Source of the DNA: Macrostomum lignano
Taxonomy: Eukaryota
Length of the DNA: 64,000 nucleotides
Reading direction: 5' to 3'
Assembly (NCBI GenBank): GCA_002269645.1
Contig: NIVC01001110.1
Span: forward strand, 62,001-126,000
Below, one piece after another: positions 24,601 through 36,600 of this stretch; position 1 is the stretch's first letter; each line of letters opens with the position of its first letter. The notes below the pieces were generated by a model. The model ran no database searches and was not told the origin of the DNA. It saw only the letters and a program-made list of their open reading frames with translations. A program made the position numbers and the translations under genes.

Positions 24601-27600
24601 AGAGCTACCATGTCGAACATTAAAGAGCCACCATGTCGACCATTAAAGAGCCACCATGTCGAACATTAAAGAGCCACCATGTCCAACATACACATGACTC
24701 CATGTTGAACATTCAAGAGCTACCATGTCAAACATATACATGACGCCATGTCGAACATAAAAGAGCCACCATGTCGAACATTAAAAAGCCACCATGTCAA
24801 ACATTAAAGAGCCACCATTTCAACCCTAAAAGAGCCACCATGTCGAACATTAAAGAGCAACCAGGTCAAACATATACATGACTCCATGTCGAACATTGAA
24901 GAGCCACCATGTCGAACATTAAAGGGCCACCATGTCAAATATTAAAGGGCCACCATGTCAAATATTAAAGAGCCACCATGTCAAACATTAAAGAGCCACC
25001 AGGTCAAACATGAAAGTGCCACCATGTCTAACATTAAAGAGCCACCATGGCAGACATATACATGACTCTATGTCGAACATTCAAGAGCTACCATGTCAAA
25101 CATATACATGACTCCATGTCAAACATTAAAGAGACACTATGTCAAACATTAAAGAGCCACCAGGTCAAACATGAAAGTGCCACCATGTAACACATTAAAG
25201 AGCCACCATGTCGAACATTTAAGAACCACCATGTCAAACATAAAATAGCCACCATGTGAAACATATACGTGACTTCATGTAAAACATTAAAGAGCTACCA
25301 TATCAGACATATACATGACTCCATGTCAAACATATACGTGACTCCATGTTAGACATTAAAGAGCCACCATGTCGAACATTAAAGAGCCAACATGTTAAAA
25401 ATACAAGAGCCACCATGTCAAACATATACATGACTCCATGTCTAACATTAAAGAGCCACCATGTCGAACATTTAAGAGCCACCATGTCAAACATATACAT
25501 GACTCCATGTTGAACATTCAAGAGCTACCATGTCAAACATATACATGACTCCATGTTGAACATTCAAGAGCTACCATGTCAAACATATACATGACGCCAT
25601 GTCGAACATAAAAGAGCCACCATGTAAAACATATACGTGACTCCATGTCAAACATTGAAGAGCCACCATATCGAACATAAAAGGGCCACCATGTCAAATA
25701 TTAAAGAGCCACCATGTCAAACATTAAAGAGCCACCAGGTCAAACATGAAAGTGCCACCATGTCTAACATTAAAGAGCCACCATGGCAGACATATACATG
25801 ACTCTATGTCGAACATTCAAGAGCTACCATGTCAAACATATACATGACTCCATGTCAAACATTAAAGAGACACTATGTCAAACATTAAAGAGCCACCAGG
25901 TCAAACATGAAAGTGCCACCATGTAACACATTAAAGAGCCACCATGTCGAACATTTAAGAACCACCATGTCAAACATAAAATAGCCACCATGTCAAACAT
26001 ATACATGACTCCATGTCAAACATTGAAGAGACACCATGTCGAACATAAAAGAGCCACCATGCAAAACATTAAAGAGACACTATGTCTAACATTAAAGAGC
26101 CACCATGCCGAACATTTAAGAGCCACCATGTCAAACATATACATGACTCCATGTTGAACATTCAAGAGCTACCATGTCAAACATATACATGACTCCATGT
26201 TGAACATTCAAGAGCTACCATGTCAAACATATACATGACGCCATGTCGAACATAAAAGAGCCACCATGTAAAACATATACGTGACTCCATGTCAAACATT
26301 GAAGAGCCACCATATCGAACATAAAAGGGCCACCATGTCAAATATTAAAGAGCCACCATGTCAAACATTAAAGAGCCACCAGGTCAAACATAAAATACCC
26401 AACATGTGAAACATATACGTGACTCCATGTAAAACATTAAAGAGCTACCATATCAGGCATATGCATGACTCCATGTCAAACATATACGTGACTCCATGTT
26501 AGACAATTAAGAGCCACCATTTCGAAAATTAAAGAGTCAACATGTTAAAAATACAAGAGCATCCATGTCAAACATATACATGACGCCATGTCAAACATTG
26601 AAGAGACACCATGTCGAACATAAAAGAGCCACCATGCAAAACATAAAAGAGCCACCATGTCTAACATTAAAGAGCCACCATGTCAAACATATACATGACT
26701 CCATGTCAAACAGTAAAGAGACACTATGTCAAACATTAAAGAGCCACCATGTCGAACATTTAAGAGCCACCATGTCAAACATATACATGACTCCATGTTG
26801 AACATTCAAGAGCTACCATGTCAAACATATACATGACGCCATGTCGAACATTAAAGAGCCACCATGTCAAACATTATAGAGCCACTATGTCGAACATTTA
26901 AGAGCCACCATGTCAAACATATACATGACTTTATGTTGAACATTAAAGAGCCACCATGTCGAACATTTAAGAGCTACCATGTGAAACATGTACATGACTC
27001 CATGTCGAACATTACAGAGCCACCATATCAAAGATAAAAGAGCCACCATGTCAAACATAAAAGAGCCACCATGTCAAATATTAAAGAGCCACCAGGTCAA
27101 ACATGAAAGTGCCACCATGTAAAACATTAAAGAGCCACCATGTCAAACATATACGTAACTCCATGTCAAACATTGAAGAGACCCCATGTCAAACATTAAA
27201 GAGCCACCATGTCCAACATAAAAGAGTCACCATGTAAAACATATACGTAACTCCATGTCGAACATTGAAGCGACACCATGTCGAACATAAAAGAGCCACC
27301 ATGTCGAACATAAAAGAGCTACCATGTCAAACATTAAAGAGCCACCATGTCAAACATATAAGTGACTTTATGTCGAACATTAAAGAGCCACCATGTCTAA
27401 CATTAAAAAGCCACCATGTCCAACATTAAAGAGCCACCATGTCAAAAAGTAAAGAGCCACCATGTCTAACATTTAAGAGCCATCATGTCAAACATTAAAG
27501 AGCTACTTTGTCTAACATTAAAGAGCCACCATGTCAAACATTAAAGAGCCACCATGTCAAACATTAAAGAGCCACCATGTCAAACATAAAAGAGCCAATT

Positions 27601-30600
27601 TTTTGAACATTAAAGAGCCACCATGTCAAACATAATAGAGCCACCATGTCAAACATAATAGAGCCACCATGTCAAACATTAAAAAGCCACTTTGTCAAAC
27701 ATAGAAGAGCTCCCATGTCAAACATAGAAGAGCCCCCATGTCAAACATAGAAGAGCCCCCATGTCAAACATAGAAGAGCCACCATGTCAGACATTGAAAA
27801 GCCACCGTATCAAACATAAAAGAGTTACCATGTACGAGCGTAGAACAAAAAAGAGCCACAATGTATAACATAAAAGAGCCACAATGTAGAACATAAAAGA
27901 GCCACCCTGTTAAACATAAAAGATACACAATTTCAAACGTAAAAGTAAGCGAATTTTAAAGGAGCCGCTATAATGCTAAGGAAATTGTCGCACTAGCTAC
28001 TTATTGTCTGGTGGATGCTTACTATTTGGGGATGCTATCTATCTTGGGGATGCTTGCTATCTTGGGATGCTTGCTATCTGGGGGATGCTTGCTATCTGGG
28101 GGATGCTTGCTATCTGGGGGATGCTTGCTATCTGGGGGATGCTTGCTATCTGAGGGATGCTTGCTATCTGGGGGATGCTTGCTATCTGGGGGATGCTTGC
28201 TATCTGAGGGATGCTTGCTATCTGGGGGATGCTTGCTCTCTGGGGGATGCTTGCTATCCGGGGGATGCTTGCTATCTGGGGGATGCTTGAAATCTGGGGG
28301 ATGCTTGCTATCTGAGGGATGCTTGCTATCTGGGGGATGCTTGCTATCTGGTGGACGCTTGCTATCTGGGGGATGCTTGCTATCTTGGGGATGCTTGCTA
28401 TCTGGGGATGCTTGCTATCTTGGGGATGCTTGCTATCTGGGGGATGCTTGCTATCTGGGGGATGCTTGCGGTCTTGGGATGATTTCTTTTTGCAATGCAC
28501 TTCATTTGAGCAGTTTGTCTGTTGTCTTTTTGAAGGATTTTTGGCTGTTTTTTTGTTACTTGTAGAGAACAGAGATTCTATCCAGATGTCCCCCATCGGG
28601 GGGCGAAGATTACTAGTCCCATATACTAAAAATGAGTTGTCTGTGGGTATGCGATTGATTTCAGAAAAATTGGCTCAACCGATTTTCTTCAAACTTGCAC
28701 CATTCGATCAGAAATTTTCCTGGGACGGTACATGCATCTTGGCTAAGAAATTGCTCAATGTTAAAGGGATTAAATATTCGAAAAACATGCTTTTTAGCAA
28801 AGGTCAAGCAGCTCTTTCGACCTGAAATCATTGTAAGAATGCTACAAAAAACTGAATGGCTAAATTCCGATTGTGAAAAAGATTGCATCACAAAAAGTTG
28901 AAAACAGTGCCGAAGAAATGCAGACACGACTTGATTTAAATTGCGTAACCAATATTGCTAACTTAAATTGACACTGATACTGGCTGACTGAGAAATTGAT
29001 TATGTCATAACTTTTTACTCTAACTGACTTGCTATAAGAATTTAATTATAAGGGCCACAATTCATGTTCTCCAATTGACAAGAGATAGCATAGATGCGAA
29101 CAGACTGGACTGCTAATGCAGCGACCTGGGTTCGAATCTTAGTAGTGCAAAAATATTTTTTTATTCAAAAACCTTAAAAACACAAAATGCTAAACACAAA
29201 AAAGCACAATTTCAAATATTAAAGAGCCACCATGTCGAACATATATGTGACTCCATGTGGAACATAAAAGGACCACCATGCCAAACATAAAAGAACCATC
29301 ATGTCAAACATATACGTGACTCCATGTCGAACATTAAACAGCCACCATGTCGAACATTAAAGAGCCACAATGCCTAACATAAAAGACCCACCATGTCAAA
29401 AATATACGTGACTCCATGTAGAACATTAAAGAGCCACCATGTCGAACATTAAAGAGCCACCATGTCGAACATTAAAGAGCCACAATGCCTAACATAAAAG
29501 ACCCACCATGTCAAACATATACGTGACTCCAAGTCAAACATTAAAGCGCCACCATTTCAAACATATATGTGACTCCATGTCAGGCATAAAGGAGCCACCA
29601 TGTCAAACATTAAAGGGCCACCATGTCGAACATAAATGCGCCACCATGTCAAACATACACGTGACTCCATGTAAAAAAATTAAAGAGCCACCATGCTAAA
29701 CATACACGTGACTCCATGTAAAAAAATTAAAGAGCCACCATGCCAAACATACACGTGACTCCATGTCAAACATTAAAGAGCCACCATGTCGAACATATAT
29801 GTGACTCCATGTCGAACATTGAAGAGCCATCATGTCTAACATTAAAGAGCCACCATGTCTAACATTAAAAAGCCACCATGTCAAATATTAAAGAGCCACC
29901 ATTTCAAACCTAAAAGAGCCACCATTTCGAAAGTTAAAGAGCCACCATGTCAAACATTAAACAGCCACCATGTCGAACATACAAGAGCCACCTTGTCAAA
30001 CATAAAAGAGCCACCATATCGAAAATAAAACAGCCACGATGAAGAACATTAAAGAGCCACCATGTCGAACATTAAAAGAGCCACCATGTAGAATATTAAA
30101 GAGCCACTATGTCGAACATAAAAAAGCCACCATGTCCAACAGTAAAGAGCCACCTTGTCAAATATTAAAGAGCCACCATTTCAAACCTAAAAGAGCCACC
30201 ATGTCGAACATACAAGAGCCACCTTATCAAACATTAAAGAGCCACCATGTCGAACATAAAAGAGCCACCATTTCAAACCTAAAAGAGCCACCATTTTGAA
30301 CATACAAGAGCCACCTTATCAAACATAAAAAAGCCATCATGTCAAACATAAAAGAGCCACCATGAAAAACATTAAAGAGCCACTATGTCGAACATTAAAA
30401 AGCCACCATGTCGAACATAAAAGAGCCACCATGTAGAACATAAAAGAGCCACCATGTCAAACATAAAAAGCCACCATGTCAAACATAAAAGAGCCACCAT
30501 GTCAAACATAAAAGAGCCACTGTGTCAAACATAGAAGAGCCACCATGTCAAACATATATGTGACTCCATGTCAAACAGTAAAAAACCACCATGTCAAGCA

Positions 30601-33600
30601 TAAAAGAGCCACCATGTCAAACATAAAAGAACCTCCATGCGAACATAAAAGAGCCACCATGTCAAACATAAAAGAGCCACCATGTCAAACATATATGTGA
30701 CTCCATGTCAAACAGTAAAAAACCGCCATGTCAAGCATAAAAGAGCCACCATGTCGAACATAAAAGAACCTCCATGCGAACATAAAAGAGCCACCATGTC
30801 AAACATTAAAGAGCCACAATGTCAAACATTAAAGAGCCACCATGTCGAAAAATAAAGAGCCACCATGTCGAACATTAAAGAGCCACCATGTCAAACATTA
30901 AAGAGCCACCATGTCGAACATTAAAGAGCCACCATGTCAAACATAAAAGAGCCACTATGTCAAACATTAAAGAGACACCATGTCAGACATTAAAAAACCC
31001 CGAATCAAATATAGATGGGATATAAGTGAAATGGTTGCACTAGCTACTTATTGTCTGGTAGATGCTTACTATTTGGGGATGCTTGCTATCTGGGGGATGC
31101 TTGCTATCTGGGAGGGGGGATGCTTCCTATCTGGGGGATGCTTGTTATCTGGGGGTGCTTGCTATTTGGGGGATGCTTGCTATCTGGGGGATGCTTGCTA
31201 TCTGGGGGAATATTAAAGAGCCACTATGTCAAACATAAAAGAGCCACCATGCCAAACATTAAACAGCCACCATGTCAAACATTAAAGAGCCACCATGTCA
31301 AACATTAAAGAGCCACCATTTGGGGGATGCTTGAATGGGGGGATTTGGGGGATGCTTTTTTGTTTCGAACATAAAAGAGCCCCCATGTAAACATTAAAGA
31401 GCCACCATGTCAAACATAAAAGATACACAATTTCAAACGTAAAAGTAAGCGTCATGCCAATTTTAAAGGAGCCACTATAGAACTAAGGAAATGGTTGCAC
31501 TAGCTACTTATTGTCAGGTGGATGCTCACTATTTGGGGATGCTTGCTATCTAGGGGATGCTTGCTATTTGGGAGATGCTTGCTATCTGGGGGATGCTTGC
31601 TATCTAGGGGATGCTTGCTATTTGGGGGATGCTTGCTATCTGGGGGATGCTTGCTATCTGGGGGATGCTTGCTATCTGGGGGATGCTTGCTATCTGGGGG
31701 ATGCTTGCTATCTGGGGGATGCTTGCTATCTGGGGGATGCTTGCTATCTGGTGGATGCTTGCATTCTGGGGGATGCTTGCTGTCTTGGGATGATTTCTTT
31801 TTGCATTACACTTTATTTGAGCAGTTTTTCTGTTGTCTTAGTGAAGGCTTTATTTGGCTGTCTTTTTGTTACTTGTAGAGAACAGAGATTCTATCCAGAT
31901 GTCCCCCAACGGGGGGCGAAGATTGCTAGTAAATAAAGAAAATCAAAAACTGTACAGGGCAATAGAGGAATGGGTTCAGTCCAGTCAATAATAATATATT
32001 AAGAGATGAAAAATAAATTAACCAATTTACAGCTCAACATTTTCTAGGCTTTGTGTGGGTTTGCGGCTCTCTCCCCACCAATATTGTTTGCTCTGTGTTT
32101 GTTCTGTGTAATGGCCTAATAATTTATTTTATTTTTTGTCTCTTAATATACAAATTAAATGTTAATTAATGAAAAAAAGTAAAACAAAAAATTGCAAATC
32201 GGTTAACTTGGACTTTCAAACAGATTTTTTGTGTTTTTTACTCATTTTTTCAACAATGTAAAGCATGAAAACAATAGTTTTTTTCCAGAACTCTTTTTTA
32301 TTAAAGACTTATCTGTCTTTCAAAAGCTTTTTTAGATACATTACCTTTCATTGAATGTCTGCAGATTTGTTTTACCATTTTATCCCACATTTTTGGATTT
32401 TGCCATAAGTCAGCTATAAGCCTAAAATACATAAATTCTTTGTAGAAAAATACTTTTTGCCATTTTTTGCTAAATCTAATGGCTTTAATTCCTTTTTCCT
32501 TCTTTATTAGACATAATTTAGCATATTAAAATTTGTTTTTTTTCATATTAGTAACAACAAAGGTAACCTATTAAAACTGTAATAATAGTAGGAATTTGTC
32601 AAATTTTAAATATATATTTAAATGTTAAAGATAGAAACTTATATACTTATATCTTTTATATATGTCAACTAATATAAAAGATTAGTTGACAAATGAAAAG
32701 TACTTTTTATTGACTTTGGATTTTATTTTATAGTGACTGTATCCTTGAACTTAGCATTTTTATTCAATTTTAAAAATATAAAAGGCTTGTTTTATGTGTC
32801 AGCTTTTTTAATTTGTTTTTTTTCTATAAAATGGTGATAAAATTTTGTTTATTTTGATTCTAATAAAAGCCAGATATTTATAGAAAAAGTATTTTTTTAT
32901 GAAATTTTTATTCTTTTTTTAGTTTATACTAGCGCATCAAGCCCCTCCTCATGGTGGCATTAAAATTCAAAATTCAAACATTAAAAGCATTAAAAACATT
33001 GTTTTTGAATATTTGACCCATTTTTTTAAGTTACAGTTATGGTATAAGTTTTATATACCAATTTGCTAAATGAATATGAATTAATTGGGCTCATTAAATA
33101 CTGCCCCTATCTGCAATTGTGCTACTTTATATGTGTTATAAAATATCACAAGATCAGAGCAGATTCGGGGGTTAATGAAAAATTTCATTGCATTGCAAAG
33201 TTATTCATTCATTATATTTGCTTTTTTTCTGTACAATTCTAAAAAACTATAGTTTAATAACTAACTCCAACTAATTATATATATAACTATTTGCTATCTA
33301 TTAATTGTCAACAAATAGAATAAGCTACTTACTACTAATTCCACTATGCTAACAAATGGCTCATCTAATTTTCATAAAACTTAACCATTTAATTAGAAAT
33401 TTTTGATTGATGTTACATGCATTGTGGCCAAGAAATTGTTTCAATGCTAAAGGGATTAAATATTCGAAAACAAGCTTTTTGCAAAGGTCAAACAGACTTT
33501 TCAACTTGAAATGCACTGTAAGAATGCTAGAAAAGAATGACTGAGTTCTGATTCTAATAAAGATTGCATCACAACTGAATTGTGACTCTGACTTGAGTTG

Positions 33601-36600
33601 TGTCACATTGTAGAAAAAAGCAGTATGGAAGCATAGTATAAGACTTGACATACATGCGCAACTTTGGGAATCACCCGGCCATTTCTATTGGCAACACACA
33701 CATGTAAGTCGCTATTGGCTGAGAGCAGTCACGTGACTACTATTCCATCCAATAGCGACTTACATGTGTGTGTTGCCAATAGAAACGGCCGAGGGAATCC
33801 CAAGGTTGTGCCCAAGCATGAGACTTGATTTAGATTGCATAACCATATTAATTTTGAGACTCATGCTTTCTGCTTGAAAAATTCATTATGCCATAACTGC
33901 TTCATGTGAATTTTACTCCAACTGACTTGATTTGAGTTTTGAATTATATAAGTGCTATAATTGATGTTATTGAAACAATGAGAGCTAGCCTAGACATAAA
34001 CAGACTGAACTGCTAATGTAGCAACATGGGTTTGAATTTTAACTTACTACTGAAATAAAAGTAGCTCACCTTCAGATTTGCCAAGTGGCCTATCTAATAA
34101 CTATGAGTTATAGGAAAAAGGAAACTTAGATTTAATTGAATCCATACTGGAATAATCTGTTTTGGCACTGAGACAAGATCACACATTTACATTGGATTTA
34201 CAAGATGTATGTTAATTGTTCAATACCAACCCTGCTCAAAAGTTCATTATATTTAAATATTTAGGCCTATCTTAGGACTTTATTAATTTATTCTTTTAAG
34301 GATAAGACACAGTGTAAAGAGTAATTTATTACATATAACTACCCCATTATTCGCACCTCAAGCGCCCAGGTGGTGATGAACGCCGCGATCATTATGATGC
34401 ACCGCCTGTTAATCTATTGGCCATCGCACAAGCTGCCACTGGGCAAAGTGGCCGCCGCCTGTTTCTTTTTGGCCGCCAAAATGGAGGATTGCCCACGTCG
34501 GCTGGCCTACGTTGTGCAGCAGTACTTTCGACACGAGCGACAGGTGGCTGATATCAAACAGGTGAGAAAAATATATAAAATGAGATTCGAACTCGCGCGA
34601 GTTCAGTAACTGAAATGAGTCACTGAGTTCTTTGTCTTTGTTAACCTGGTTTCTACTTTTATTATCAGTTTGCTAAGTGCGCGGCCACCAAAATTAATAA
34701 GCCGATATGTATCGAAAAATAACTTTAAAAACGGGTTTTTTTCCATTAATTTGCAGGTGAGCGACGAGGAGATGTCGCAAGTCGGCGAAGAGATCGTGCT
34801 GCTGGAGAGCCTTATCCTGCCCTGCCTCGGCTTCAACCTGACCATCACGCATCCGCACAATATGCTTAGTCGGGGCTGTCGCGCTTTGAATCTGCCCAGA
34901 CCCTTGATCCAGACGGCCTATTACAACTGTACCAATCTGCTGCACCTCACCATGATGGTGCTCAGACTCCGACCGGAGACTCTGGCAGCCGCTTGCGTTC
35001 AGATGGCCGCCTCTTGGAGCAACACTGATCTGCCATCCGTCACTGAGACTGACGGCAAGTATTGGTTTAATTACTTCGATCCCAGCATGACGCCCGAACT
35101 GCTCAAAGCTGCCGTAGACGAGTGCATCGCCGAGCTCACTAAAGTGCCGCCAGAGGAGAAGAAGACGGTTAAGCTTCTTACTAAGGTGAGCTATCTGCTT
35201 TGCGGCTGTTGGGCCAGTGAGATTGGACCTACGGTGCAAAAATGGTGTAAGCAGTAAGTTTGTACTGTAATAATTGGTAGTGTGTGTTAATGGTGTGGCG
35301 TGTTTAGGGGTAGTGTTTAGAGTATAATGTGATTACAGGGTGGTGTGAACAGAAGTAGGGTAGATAGGAGGGGTAGGGTGAACAGGAGGGGGGTAGGGTG
35401 AACAGGAGGGGTGCTAGGGTGAACAGGAGGGGTGCTAGGGTGAACAGGAGGGGTGCTAGGGTGAACAGAAGGGGTGGTATGGTGAATAGGAGGGGTGGTA
35501 GGGTGAACAAGAGGGGTGATAAAGTGAACAGGAGTGTGCTAGGGTGAACAGGAGGGGTGGTAGGGTGAACAGGAGGGTGGTAGGGTGAACAGGAGGGTGG
35601 TAGGGTGAACAGGAGGGGTGGTAGGGTGAACAGGAGGGGTGGTAGGGTGAACAGGAGGGGTGGTAGGGTGAACAGGAGGGGTGGTAGGGTGAACAGGAGG
35701 GGATAAGGGTGAACAGGAGGGGTGGTAGGGTGAACAGGAGGGGTGGTAGGGTGAACAGGAGGGGTGGTAGGGTGAACAGGAGGGGTGGTAGGGTGAACAG
35801 GAGGGGTGGTAGGGTGAACAGGAGGGGTGGTAGGGTGAACAGGAGGGGTGCTAGGGTGAACAGGAGGGGTGCTAGGGTGAACAGGAGGGGTGGTAGGGTG
35901 AACAGGAGGGGTGGTAGGGTGAACAGGAGGGGTGGTAGGGTGAACAGGAGGGGTGGTGGGGTGAACAGGAGGGGTGGTGGGGTGAATAGGAGGGGTGCTA
36001 GGGTGAACAGGAGGGTGTTAGGGTGAACAGGAGGGGTAATGTGCGAGTAGAGTCGAATATTCGATTCTATTTTAAAGCGACGAAAAGTTTTAAACGGTAA
36101 TGTCCACTAGCAAGCCAAAGCAAAATATAACTGAGGAATTTGGCAGCTCACAAGCGAAATAAAAATTGCGCCAAATTCTCAATGCTTAACTAGAGCTTGC
36201 TTACATGATCGATCAGTGCCATCAATAGCTGCTTGACATTTCCAGTCAGACAAAGTGGAACTTGCAGTTCGCAGAGGGACTTACAATTTATTTAACTGGA
36301 CCCACGTGATTAATCAGCTAAAGTTAAGAAGCTTAGCTACGAGCCGCATTTTACCAGATCATCCTCAGGCTGGGTTGCCACCCTCCCAGATCCTCAGGTT
36401 GAGTAATCCATCCTCCCAGATCCTCAGACTGGGTTGCCATTGCCACTCTCCCAGATCCTCAGACTGAGTTGCCACCCTCCCAGATCCTCAGGCTGAGTTG
36501 CCACCCTCCCAGATCCTCAGACTGGGTTGCCACCCTCCCAGATCCTCAGACTGGGTTGCCACCCTCCCAGATCCTCAGACTGGGTTGCCACCCTCCCAGA

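Larger units (their letters stand above)
23896..28616 (+). mobile_element. Non-autonomous Helitron, copy 1, carrying 23-bp and 18-bp satellite arrays
   Basis: The 5' end is A|TCCTATATACTAAAAATGAG. The 3' hairpin CCCCC-ATC-GGGGG(G) at 28590-28603 is followed about 10 nt later by CTAG (28613-28616). No TSD and no Rep/helicase ORF were seen. Confidence 0.75.

Noticed and set aside
24490-31410. Alternating 23-bp units resembling a repeat-spacer array
   Set aside because: The apparent spacers are recurring variants of the same unit, so this is a satellite with higher-order structure.
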